Origin: Ruditapes philippinarum
Lineage: Eukaryota
NCBI RefSeq assembly: GCF_026571515.1
Contig: NW_026863607.1
Coordinates: forward strand, 186,001-250,000
DNA: 64,000 nt
Direction of reading: 5' to 3'
Translations under genes and position numbers: made by a program
Part shown: positions 1 through 13,582 of the stretch, piece by piece
Layout: every line of letters begins with the position of its first letter
How positions within the stretch are numbered: the first letter of the stretch is position 1
The notes under the pieces: model-generated
Told to the model about the DNA's origin: nothing
Seen by the model: only the letters and a program-made list of their open reading frames with translations
Databases searched by the model: none

Positions 1-33
1 TTTGTTATTTTGACAGTTTTTATGTGTTACATG

Positions 34-192
34 ATAAATAGAAAAACATGCTACTGTCTTTTGATATCAATTTTATCAGGCTCGGCTGATATGGGCAGAA
101 AGGGCTCGGCAAGCCTCGCCCTTTCTAGCCCATATCAGCCTTGCCTGATAAAATTGATATCAAAAGACAGTAGCATGTTATTCTCTATTTAT
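34..192. mobile_element. Palindromic MITE-like element
   Basis: Two ~70-bp near-perfect inverted arms (aacatgctactgtcttttgatatcaattttatcaggc... / ...gcctgataaaattgatatcaaaagacagtagcatgtt) around a ~12-bp loop. Confidence 0.8.
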
Positions 193-430
193 TGTAAGAT
201 GTAATACAAGATAAGATTAAAAGATAGATAAACGTTTTATAAATTTGGATGGAATAGAATACTTATCAAGATGTCATATGTTAATTTGAGTCACATATCA
301 AAATAACAATGATCATAGTTCTTTATGATAGGATCTCTAAGGGAATAAGAACAAAGTAGAGCGGACGATTATTTGTAGAACTGGATGACCTGTAAAAACA
401 ATTTGTCTGTTTTGACGAGTGAAAATCCGT

Positions 431-664
431 TCATGACAAAACCAACATTATAATGGGTTTGCGACCAGCATGGATCCAGACAAGCCTGCGCATCCGCGCA
501 GTCTGATCAGGATCCATGCTGTTCGCTGTCAGGTTCTCTACTTGTAATAGAGTTGGTAAGCGAACAGCATGGATCCTGATCAGACTGCGCGGATGAGCAG
601 GCTGGTCTGGATCCATGCTGGTCGCAAACCCATTATGTTGGTTTTGTTATGACGCGGCTCATAT
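431..664. mobile_element. Palindromic MITE, left end truncated
   Basis: ~95-bp inverted arms (aatgggtttgcgaccagcatggatccagac...cgcagtctgatcaggatccatgctgttcgct and its reverse complement) around a ~30-bp spacer. It resembles a family abundant in venerid clams (from memory). Confidence 0.85.
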
Positions 665-3600
665 ATTACACATACAACAATAACTGGTTAGCTGTTTAGA
701 ATCAGAATATTTTGTTGCATATTTTCTCGATCCTAAACACTGAATTGATATGTAAAATTGACATTGTTTTCGAAAGACGACATATTTGTATTTAATTTAG
801 GACTTGAATAATCTATACCTGCATTTGCCAATACTTGTTGCAGTTATAAAATAGAGTATAAAATCTTATGCCTTTGCCAAATACCTCAACAAACACCATT
901 AAATATATTTGTATGTATGACGAACTTACACGAAATTGAACACCCACATTATAGTAATAAGTAGGAGGATACAAATTGATAGATAGTGTTATTGTGCTAC
1001 ACCTTATTGTTTGCAATATAATTGAATAAGATTACATTATTCTTCAATATATGCATATGTCAAGATAAATACTGTTTTGCATTTGTTTGAGTGTATCTCA
1101 TATTAAAATGTTTCATCCGAAATGTTTCATCCAAGAGAAGAAACTAAGACAGTTTAAGATTCAAGAATTCTTATTGATGTTTCTAGTATAGAATGTGAAG
1201 CATAAGTATCTTGCCAAATAATTTTGATATATTATACTCAAAGGAAAAATACAATCGAGGTTTCTAAAGACAGTATAACATTTTATTGATCTTGTCTTGG
1301 GAGGTTCACGCTTCATTCTATACCGGTGTGATCAGAATTAAACATTCAAATATGTAAATTAAATATGTGTTTTTTAGAATTAAGTACGATCCGAAAATAT
1401 GTTCAATTGATAATGATAATAGATCACCCGTTGTGTCATCCAATAAAAACGGCGGGTGGTTTTCAAGTAAAAATGTAATAATTGCTATTCAGTTACTTCC
1501 AAGTTACAAAGACTCCTTAAAAGTTCAATAGTTATTGCAAGTGAAATTTAAAAACATTTTTGTATAAAAGTACACATTGTTCGCTTTTTATACACAGTTA
1601 AAGAAAGACGGGCAAACTGAATTTTACGATGAACAGTAACTTTTTAGTCTATAAAGTGTAAAGAAAGAAACTGGATAGCTTTATCACTTGAAATTATCTG
1701 AGGATACAAACGTGCCTCAAACCTAAAGTGGTGTAATATACGGATTCTATATTTTTTTATATTCCGTTTGAAATTCCATTTAACCATTTGTTACTGGACA
1801 TGAACGCGTTAATAAGTGAGAGTTAAAAGAAAACATATTAAAATTCTTCTTTGTGTTTGGTTTAATATATTCTTAATATACTTTTCCTAACAAATATTTA
1901 CCATTAAAAATTGATATACATGCTCTTGCTCAAAGAGGACATATTTAGTTTGATTTTCTCTTGATTTCATTTATTTGTCACCATAAAAGTATTTTACTTA
2001 AGGATGAGCAAAGTACATATTTAAGTTATATATAATCTAAATCTCAATGTATTTTTATGTGTAAAGTTGAAGATCTTTCATTTTAAATGTCCAGCAGTTA
2101 TTAATGCTACAGTCTGTTCATTTTTAATTTGAAAAAAGGCTATCTCAAGAGAAACCTGTCAATCGCAAATCACAACAAAAAGTGATTGATGTCTTTATAT
2201 GTTTTCAAGAACAAACAATTTTGAAAAAAATTTGTTACATACTCTTAGAACTATGAAAAATAGAATTTTATATATTATCGAATTTTCAAGGGTGTATTAT
2301 TGCCCTTTGCATTATACTTCTCATAAATAGACGATATGAAGCTTGAGTTTCTTGATCGACTAAAAGGCAAAAAGTCGTATAAGACACTCAGATTTGTGCC
2401 CTTTTTATCTTGAAGATTTTTTTTATTTATTTATTTTTGATTATTTATTTATTTATTCATTATTATTTATTCATTATTTTTTTTTTTAAAGAAATTAGTA
2501 TTATTTGTTGAAAAAGATATTCATAATAATAAGACAGCGTGTACCTCTGTAAAAGGCAGAGACATATAAATAAAGATGTCAACATTACAAATAAAGAATC
2601 CTTTTCAAGCATTTAACACAATCATATAATAAATAAAAGAGGTATGAAAGGCAGAAATATGAGCCACTTACATTTGAGAACTATCATATCATTGCAGATT
2701 TCAAGACATATTGTAATATTGAATATAAGAATTGTGCTGTTTAGCAAATTGAATAATATTATTGAAACATTTTGTCTTTTATCATTCGAAAAAACATAAA
2801 AGATTAATAAAACCAACGCACATCGAGGATTTGGAGTATTGAATTTAGTAATATTTTGCTGGGACCTAAACTGAATGAATTGCTTGTTTTCATGTTGCTA
2901 TTCTATTCATTCAATTCAACAAACTAAAACTTATTTCTGAACTAAACATTGGGTGAAACTACATTTGAAGGTCATAATCGTTTCTTATTCGCTTCGCTTA
3001 AGAAAAAATAAATCACATATCACCTAAGACCTTTAGTCTGGGACAGAAAAAACAACAACACTAAAATAGGATTAAAGCCTTTGAAATGTTTCGATATCGT
3101 TTAATACACGTCAATACAAAACAAAACACTTTATGTCTTCGGAAGCTGAACCTCTAAACTAGCTCACAGCGTGGAAAATAAACTATTATCTTTTTTATTA
3201 ACATGTCGATATCTACGGATAGAAACAACCAAAAGCTTTACTGCCAATAGGGTTTCTAGTTTCAATAATTGTTATATTTACAAAACATACACTAATGAAT
3301 ATTAGTAAAACGATTAACATTTTTGAATACAGTTGTAAAAGAAAATCGAAATCAAATTCGAATTCAAATAGGTTTTTGTATACAATAATAATCATATATA
3401 AGGTATGCTTTGTTATGATATGTTTCTTTGTCATTATAGTGTCCGTAAGAAGATGACAAGTGGTCGATAAATGAACGTGATTTCATATGCACACATTTTT
3501 CAATATCGAATTTTATATTACCAAGAAATGTCAGAGATAGTTACAGCATGAAATCATATCGTTGTTTTTTTTACTTGCGCAGAGTGATAGAAATGACGTA

Positions 3601-4515
3601 AAATGACTCGAATTACACAAAGTCAGTGAGACAGACTAGCAATGTATAATGAGCCCGAATTGTTTTCTTTGTTAGCTTTGTTGTATAATATAGTCTAATT
3701 CAATTTTGTATCTCTATTGTCGCAATTCTAGATTATCTTAATGTATTCAGCTTTTAATATTGATAACACTCCGGTTGTTACTTACGCCATGAGTATATAT
3801 ATTATATAATCAAGTTATTCTTATGATCTTCTTTTATTTGTCGTTGCCCCTTTACAGACATATATGAGGCAACAATACATCAATCAATTCCGGAAGCTTT
3901 AAATTATGCCACTGAGAAATATTGTGCTAGAAATGAAATTCATTTCATAGCACGCATCACGTAGTAAATCTAAAATGCACTTGCTCATTTTACACTGTGG
4001 ACCCAACCATGCATCTTTTATAGAGATTTTTTAAATATTTACTTACGGAGTATTTGTTGGCTTATTTTGATCCGGTTTTTTTTTTGTTTGTTTGTTGTTT
4101 TTTTTGTCGCATAGGTCGAAGCAGATCGAAGCACCTGAGAGAGTATAAATCTTTATATAATTAAACTATTCGGCCTTTCTCAGATAAGACTATACGTGGA
4201 TAATACGAGACATACATTTATTTGAGAAGCATTTATCCTGATGGCTACTTCATTAGTTATAAGTGTAAAACAGAATCTGATATATTATTAATCTAAAGAA
4301 TCTTTTATCACGAATAATTGATAAATATGATTAATAAGTAATAGTAAAACGCTTATAAGAAATAATTAAACAATTTGACCATATCAAACGGAGTTTCATA
4401 AGAGCGACCGTATATGAATTCTTCTTATTTGCGCCCGTTTACCCACATAGACTCGACATTTAACTAAATGGTTAAACAAACACTTTTCGAGACCGTTTTT
4501 AACAGTTTTATCAAA

Positions 4516-4662
4516 CCCCGTCAGGGTCGAGCTATTGTTTCCTTGAGCAAGTAACTTTTCACTCATTAGTACTGGTTGGTTCGGAGAACAGATTAGAGAG
4601 TGTATCTATAAGCTTATAGCTTCTTAAACAATCGAACTGAAATAAATTCTACATAAACCAAA
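4516..4662 (+). mobile_element. Truncated SINE remnant with CORE-like domain
   Basis: ttgtttccttgagcaagtaacttttcactcattagtactggttggttc resembles the CORE motif (ccttgrgcaag.cactt) of bivalve SINEs; the 3' end is A-rich. Confidence 0.5.
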
Positions 4663-7600
4663 AATGTACTAGGATTTCAAAGAAAAACAATTCCAGATAA
4701 TAATTTAAATGCTATGTGCAATTATTGACTGATTTTGCAGAAATAATCACCATATTAAATAACGCAGTAAGGGCAATTTTGTTTTAGTTTTCGTAATTTA
4801 TGTAGATTGTAAATGTGCAAAATTCTTTACTTGTTCATTTTACAGTATTCTACTTTCAGATACATTTTTAGAATTTGTATGAACATTTGCATTAATCTGT
4901 CGATATGCTGCCCTAAAACTTTAGATCTGGGAAAACCTATAAGTGGGACCAAAACAGACCATGTCTTCTATTCGAGTGTTGTTATCTATCTAACGCTATT
5001 TTTTATGATTTGTTGTATTATTTTATTTTTATAAGCACTGTCGTCCGTTTGTTCACATGTTAGTGTAAAATATCGATAAACGGTATGCTCAAACAAATAA
5101 TATCATTCTTTATCAAAATAGATACATATAAAATACTGTGGAACTGAGCTTAACTTAAAATGATTTTACCTTTACATCATGAAAAAATATTTTGTGTGTA
5201 AAAATATTGAACTTGTATACGTTTTTCTTTTGAACGACTTTTAGCTTTATGACACAAAGTCATCTAAAATGAGTTTAGTAACATGTCTGTTGATTAAAAA
5301 AACGAATTCTGTGAAGAGAAAAAAAGTTAAAACATTATGGTCTTACTTTTGTCGACAAACAAACAAATGAGATGCTATGTTTCAAAGTTGTGACAAAGTT
5401 GATGTTGAAGTGTTATAAAGCTTATAGTACAAGGATATGGAAAATATATTTGAAACTTCAGAAATCTGTGTTACAAATGTTACTTACGTAAGATACATTA
5501 ATTAGTAGGGTTGCAAAGATGCTACAAATATTGTTACAAAGCTGTAAAAGCTTTGTTTCTTAATTTACGATAGCTATGAATTGATTGAATTTATAGGAAT
5601 TTTAAAGCATATTTAATTTGTGAAAATGTTCCAAACATTGCTTTTATTACATTACAAAACCTAAAATGGTTAAAAGTATATTTTACAGCAAAATAAATAA
5701 CATTGATAACACAAAGAAAATGAAATTACTTGTTTAAAAAAAATTCTTCTGTATTTTAAATGAAACAAGTTGTTGTAAGTTATTAAATAATACTGAGTTA
5801 TTCTCTTTTTTCTCTAATACAAATAAATTTGAGATAGTGTAAGTGTTTTTGTTTTAAACTATTATTGAATATGTGTCTGATAGCTTTTTGTATTTAAGAA
5901 CTTATTTAAGAATTTTATTTGATGTTTTCGGTCAGTGTTAGATACATGATTCGATATAACATATCTATTTATAGCAGGTAATAAATTGTTCTAATATTCA
6001 TCATAAAAATACTACCTCTCTATGACCTACAAAATAAAAACAATTTAATCATCGATATTATACTATACATTTCTGTTGTTTCTATTAATATTTGAAATAG
6101 CTATGGAAAAATGTGCCCATTGTAGATTTATTTTTTTTCAAGATCAGCAGCCCGATATTATTATAACTTCCAATGTTATATCGATTTTTTAAGAATCCGG
6201 GTACATTTAATTATTCTATTTCATGGTTTGTAATCATTGGCAGTGTTTCCTTACAATATATTCACGCTGTCTTTTCCTTCATTATTTGAAGTCACTTAAT
6301 GAATTTAAATTTTGTGCAGAACTTGAAGGTACGGTATTAGGTTATACAAATTTTACACAAAAAAGACACACTTTTTTGTACTACTATAATTCTATTTATG
6401 AGCAATTGACTTAGTAATAAATAGAAAAGGCAGAAATCATATTTATTGTATGTAAAAATTACTGGAAAGTTTCATTATAATATGGAATCTTATATAATTA
6501 CAAATATAACCAAAGACAAACTGTTTATAGTGCTTTCACGAACCAACTACATGATATTGATTGTGACATAGAAGTGTAATATAATCATTATGTTGACGCT
6601 AACGACTAAACCCGTTCTATGTACCGCAACAATGTTTCGGCTGTGGACAATTGGTCATGAATATCATGTGCAAAGACAGCAATAATACAGCTGAATTTTA
6701 TACAGCGATGCCCAAATTAATTCAAAATGAACCATGGAGTGTTACTTATGGGTAAACGCCCTTTTTGTTGCCTTGAACATTTAGGAAGCGCATTTAGTGG
6801 TGACGGCACTATCTGGCTTGATGTGATTGCTTTGACATTTTAAATTTGTCAACATTATCATATTCCAGTTTGTCATCACAATAAAACTTTTAAAAGTGAC
6901 AACGATTCTTAAATAACTACACGATTGTCGAGAAATACGCTAAAATTTGAATTACTAAAACGAAAAAAAAAACATAAGTATCTTAGCTTGTGATTTTTCA
7001 TAGTTAAAATAGATATCAAACATGTTCATATTGAAATATAGCATTTAAGTAACAAACACGAGCAAAATGATTGTATCTAAACAAAATGTATTAACATTTT
7101 ACCCTACCCAACCAACTTGAAAGACTTATTTGACCATTACCCTATTACCAGTTATGTTCAAATAAGACTTAAAATTTAGAGGAGCGCGATATCCAAACAA
7201 AATGAGAGTTTATTTTGTTGAAGTAAATGCGTAAATGCAAAATTTATGTTATATTCGGCTTGTCATTAGTATTTCCCATACCAATGAATCTATCGGATAT
7301 GACAAATTCAATTATTCTTGCTTAAATGAATATAGTTTGCTTGCCTTGCAAATAATGTAAATTAAATCAAAAATTATTTCCTTTATTTCCCAGATGATTT
7401 TCTTTTGCAGATATAGCTTTGATAAAGACTATTCTACAGACATTGTTTGAGAACAAATTCAAAGTGCAATTGCTTTATATTCACAACATAAGATTTAGCC
7501 GAAAAAAGGTGTATGCACTATAGATATTCAATTAAATTGATACGAAAATAGACATAATAAACTGAAACGCTACTATGTTTGCTTATTTTATGTTCAGAAA

Positions 7601-10600
7601 ACACAATAGGGCGATGATATACGGGTAATGAACTAATATTTCACCCTTAGCACATCAAAATATAAATGAGCATAGCGAAATAGATGTAACGTTTTGAAAA
7701 TCAAACCTAAAATGTAGAAATGGCGAAATGGTTAAAATAAAGCTTTGATGATACCTTTAAACAACCTTTGTGAGTCGAGTGTGCATTAAATTGCAGATCT
7801 GCTTTGCAAATTTGCGGCCGTATACTATTTGTTTTGAAACACAGTGAGCTACTGAAGGAAAAATGGATTTGAACTGGACGTTTTTAAACTCCAAACAGAC
7901 CCCTTGGAAACTCATCTAAATATCTAATTTAAAAATAAATGTATAGTGTTAATAAAAAAACTCTCTTAACCCAGAAATTGTTTTAATCGTTCGAGATGAG
8001 TAAAACAATATAAACAACAATTGAAACACAAACTCTTGTTTAGAGCTAGAGGAAAAACGTCATTTATTTGTAATATTATATGTTTCTGTACATAAAGAGA
8101 AATGATATAATTACACAATGTGAAACATAACAAAATTTAGATTTTACAATGATATTAAGAATTAAATCAAATATGCATATTTACAACACATTTGCAGTGG
8201 ATTTTAGAAATACTGTAAATGAATTTGTTCCAAACATAACATAAAAGTAGATTTTTATTAAAAGTGATGAGATGCACTGCCTAAATTACTCCCAGAACAA
8301 ATTACGCCTCAGATGACCGAATCAGCGCCACCTATGTTACACATCCGATTTTCTCCCTATTTCTCTCTGCGATAAAATGTAAAACATAGATAAATGTTAC
8401 CTCCGTACATTAAGATCTAAATAGGGAAATACACATCAGTTGAGATATTAACGGTTAAATAATATATTTAGATCAACACAAGCACATGTATTTTGTATTT
8501 TATCTTTAATATATTGTGTTCTAATCACATATTTGTCTTTATCTTTGTTTTAAACTTACTTTCTGGAGTATTACCGACTTATCAACAAAGCAATAATGTT
8601 TCTCCATCAATGCTTAAATATAGCATTTCGAAAGGATTGGTAGAAACGACAAAGAACAATAAACGCTGATTATATTGACAATATAAAAGATCACTGGATT
8701 AAAACCTTTGTAATTCAATTTGATTAGATAAATCAATTAAAACCATTAACACACCGGCAAGTATATAAAAATAACTAAAGGTGAACAAAAGGCAACAGGA
8801 ATGATTTGGCAAAATAGTCAATAGAAAATGAGGGTTGGCATGTTATCTTATTTTATTTATACCTATTCTCTTTATACAACAATTAATATTGCTTTTGAGA
8901 TGAATAATGAATCCTGTATGTTCACCAAGTCTCTGTCCATATCAGTCATCTACAAGTTTTTAAAACTTTTAAGATTGTTACATTTGAACATTACAATTGG
9001 CGGAAAAGCGATATTTTTGTGATCATGATTCCTGCAAACGTCTAGGTACCGTTATAACACTATAGTGAGTTAAATCCGTTGTTTAAAAGATCGTTGGGGA
9101 CCATTACTCACACGGGCTTAAAACTATGTGGTTCATTTTTTGATATGTATTATGTATTACATTTGTCATAGTTATACCTCCATTGCGTAAATGCTTGGTC
9201 TCCTCAAATAGCTAGATAACATTTCATATGTATAACATTTATTTATTCCCTTTTACATAATTCTGTTATGTATTTTGATTACAACTCATTATTACCGATT
9301 TTAGTATTTGAATAACCATTGCAACTATTAACTTTAATCTTCAATTTATTTTTCGTCTCCGTGAAAACCTTACATTTTGTATGAATTTTATTCCATTGTA
9401 TAAAATATTGATTTAAGGCACATTATGCCTCTAAAAGCAAATAACGTTTTATTTCTTTAAATGGGACAACATGATTTTTTATAGTGTTTAAGCAATTGCT
9501 TTCAAGAATGTTAGAAGATTGTAACCTAAAGAAAGTAACGATAAATGTGCAATTATTTGTTATAAAAGTAGCAAATTGTAAACAAAGTAGTATTTTGACT
9601 TCCATACAAAATATTTTTGACTAGAACTGAACTTCTTGCTAAATAGCAAAATATAAAAAAGGTGGTACATGTCATTGGCCAATAAGTTACTTATTGGATA
9701 TTACTATAAAGTACACCAAAATTAAAAGCTTTCGAAAAATAAGAATAAAAGCATTTCTGAGGCAAATTGGGTCTTTAGTAACTCATAGAAGCAGCACAAA
9801 GATTAAAAACTTGGATAAATGTCAATGACAGCTAGTCATATGCTGCCCTTTGAGTATAAAATAGAAAAATAAAAAAAATACTACATATTGAATTTGGGAT
9901 TCTTATGCTCGTATCCTGAGTTATTACAAATAATTAAAGTACGTTGTTTTGGTACTTTTATGGCACATTTATTGAAGGAATTACACAGTTCTGTTCTTGT
10001 AAATTATGTTTCCTTTATTCTTTTTTTCTACTCGACAAATATCAAATTCCATTAACCAATCATGTTTATAAATTATGTATAAGGATTATTGATTGTACAT
10101 AATTATAAAGAACACTAAAGCTAATCATTTTATCTATTCAAAGGCTAATAAAAGGAACTATTTTGATTCTAAATGTGATGTACTTTACTACGTAATATCA
10201 TAAGATAAGAAACTCAATTAAGATAAAGGAAAATTAAGAAATAAAACAAATATCATTTGAACTTTAAATGTACATTAGGCTTTTGAAACGACCATTTAAC
10301 ATATTTTAACTAATTATAATATCAATGATTTCCTTATAATTCCATTGATACATTACTTTTTGTATTGTATGGCATAATTGAAGTGTCTTTCACTGATAAA
10401 ACTATCAATTTGTGTTTACTTTTCCAACATACCAGCATTTAATAAAACTGATTTTCCTTTACCCTCTTACACCAGATATTTCAAAGATACTCAGTCCTTA
10501 ATATGTAATCATAAAGTCACTATTCCGTCAAAACTGTCCAAAACATGGTTCAATGTATTGGACTTTTAGACGTTAAGAGGCACGGCAAGTAAAATAAGAG

Positions 10601-13366
10601 CTACACCAACCCATCCAATGTTCAGTAACAGTTCTTTTTATTACAATATGCGTATCATATGATGAACTATGTTTTAAAACAAGAGAGAAAACATGTCAAA
10701 ATAAGGACAGTTTAGCTGAATAGTATGATTTGTTTATCACTGTCTGTCAATGAAGATGAGACAAAGTCACACAATAAATATGGTATCATGTTTAAAACGC
10801 CTTTGCATTCATATGTACCTTAGACATGTTTTTCAGACGAATGACCCTTGTTCACGAATGGAACCAAGGATTGATGAATGGATATTGTAATAAACGCTCG
10901 TACATAACAAGGTAAAACGAGAAACATAATATCATGATGAACTCATGACTTTTCTCTGGTTCATTTTACAACGTAATATGTAGTTTTGTTTTTGGTTTAG
11001 AAGGACACTAACGGTAAATTTTTAACAGGAAACAATGCACGAAGTATGTAATATATTCATTGAAGAACAAAGCGTTTACATTAAAACACTTTTTTAAAGA
11101 GCATGTGTTTAATGAATAAAACATCAATCTGATTAGAAACAGTACAGAATAAACACATCCTGTATATAAAGTACTGTGTATGCGTAGAAACGCACCACGA
11201 AGTCCATTACAATATCATATTTAAAACTGTTTAGTGTAATTTAATTCCTCAATTGTTTTTTCTCAACTAATCTACAATGCAATAGAATCTTTTTTCCGCT
11301 ATGTATTTTGGTTCAATTCTGCCATTGCCTGTAAACCAAACTGATTATAATAATCACATGTGTACATCTGATATAAAACGGTCATAGAAAAGGACTGAAA
11401 TATATTGTTAAATTATGAATAGCGGTGTACACCACACTGTGATAAGGTTAATGTGTCGTCATCTCTTTGCATTTTCACCAAACCAGATACAAAATAGCAC
11501 CTTTAGCCATCTCGTTTGTCACCATCAGCGTTTAAGGATAGTCGTTAGACCCGTCATTTTCATGTCGGTGTGATCTAGCTTGATTTGGATACAATGCCAA
11601 TGTTTCAAAATCTTTAAGTTAATAAGTTTAGTAAGACATGATCAGAAAGCTGATAAAAGTGGCAAAGTCGCCACAATAACGTGGTGATGTCTGAAGAATA
11701 CGCTTAAACTCAAACTCGCGCTAGGTTACTAAAATGATACAATTTAACTTACCCTAAGTATCTTAGCATGTTCCTTGTTTTTGCTCTGTTCATGTCTGAC
11801 TTGAAAAAACTCTGGCAACCAAACCTCGTTAAGTGTTTATATCAATTTAGCTCTTCATTTGAATACCTCTACAATTTGCATTTTAAACGTTGGATGACCA
11901 TCATTTGTAAGAAATGATACTCATTACCAAATCACCTTGACAGTGAATATTACTTTATTAGAGAAAATCAAAATAATTAAATTGTTCATATATTAACTTC
12001 GAACAATATGAACGAATTCTATTTTGAAATAGTGACAAAAAAAAGGAATTCATAATTTGCTACATTATATAACCTAATTTAATTGTGTCTTGGTTTCGTG
12101 ATAATTCTAATGAATTTATTTATTGAAACGCAAGGGAACACTTTTATTGTTATTTCCAATTTGATTGTAAGGCGTAATTGTGTCAAGTTAAAAATATTTA
12201 CTGCTCGAAGTCAACAGAATATCTATGTATATCGATGAAAATATTATGCTAATGCCCTTTTAAACATTTGATTAAAAGTCAAAAGTCATTTATTTCATGT
12301 TTTTTGGAAAATCATCAAAATTTTATTCTTTTGTTTCATACATTGATCAGCAAACGTCGTAACACACACAGTTTTTTTCTTACAAGTATATGATGAAACA
12401 TATTCAAAAGTTTTTGTTATGTGTTTGTGTATGTTATATTTGTGTGTTTCTGCTTTTTTTGGTTTGTTTGTTTTGTTGTCGTTGTTGTTGTTTTTACAAC
12501 ATTTATTGCTAATCATACTCGTACTTGTGATGATTTTAACGAGTTTGAAAATGAATACAAAGAAAGTGTTTGTTTTTACTGCAGAGGTAATTCTGATTTA
12601 TATAATTATGCTGTTTGACTTGAATGTATTTACTTTCATATTCAGACGACTGTAAAATGTATTTAGACAGAAAAGTTTTATGTTTTCCTTCTCCATATTA
12701 AACAATTTATGATATATATTTAATCTAACTATTTATGAGTAAATAGAAATAAGAAACTATTTCTTTGATTTCTCATTTGAATATAATTATCTTGTAGTCA
12801 TAAATTTAATCTAATTTTATATTATTCTTCAATATTGTTTGCTAAAATTGTTTTGAGAAAAGATTACAGGCAAAAATATTTCATAACTTTACAAAGGATA
12901 GATCTGAAAAGATTTTATATATATTGCCTTCCTATTTTGATTGATACGAAAATGAAATAAATAAATGAATTGATAACCAGAATGTTTGCTCGATTTTGCC
13001 ATTTAATTTATCCTTGGTCACAAAAAGGCTTTTTTTTAAAATTAGATATGCGTGTTTCTTTTTTTCTGTTTAATTGAAAAAACTGAAATACAAAAACATT
13101 GTTGGCATATCAGTACGCCCAAAAACACGTCGGAGTTTAGAGTCGTTGTTAAAGTTGCAATATGTTTAATTCATTGATAAAAGTGTAAAACATTACGGAA
13201 ATCATGTTTTCTTTATTAAATGCTTATTTATGTTTATGCTAAAAGGCTTAGAAAAACTACACGAGTGTTATGTCAAGAGCACAGTGAATGCCAAGCCGTC
13301 GCAACAAAAGCTAAGACACCCAAAGTGCGTTATTTACATGTATCAGATGTGATATACAATGAATGA

Positions 13367-13582
13367 TTTTACCTTGTTGGTAAATTGCAATGCAGTTTTG
13401 TAATAAACGATTTTGATCGCATGATAAGTTATTGATATTTACAAAAATCAAATTCAACGTAATATATTTGCTCTTTTTTTCTTTTATTCTTAAAGGTTAC
13501 TATGTATGTTTTACCCTGTTGGTAAATTGCAATGCAGTTTTGTATTAAACGATTTTGATCGCATGATAAGTTATTGATATTT
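13367..13582 (+). repeat. ~74-bp direct repeat, 2 copies (13367-13440 and 13509-13582)
   Basis: ttttacc[t/c]tgttggtaaattgcaatgcagttttgta[a/t]taaacgattttgatcgcatgataagttattgatattt occurs twice with two mismatches. Confidence 0.9.

Noticed and set aside
6600-6755. CFGCGQ..GH..H.CK zinc-knuckle-like remnant
   Set aside because: It needs two frameshifts within about 12 codons and no other retroelement features are nearby; too weak to call.
11749-11841. Minus-strand frame ending MNRAKTRNMLRYLG-stop, loosely like the peptide C-terminus (possible alternative last exon)
   Set aside because: There is an in-frame stop 30 codons upstream and no good phase-1 acceptor for this frame; probably chance.
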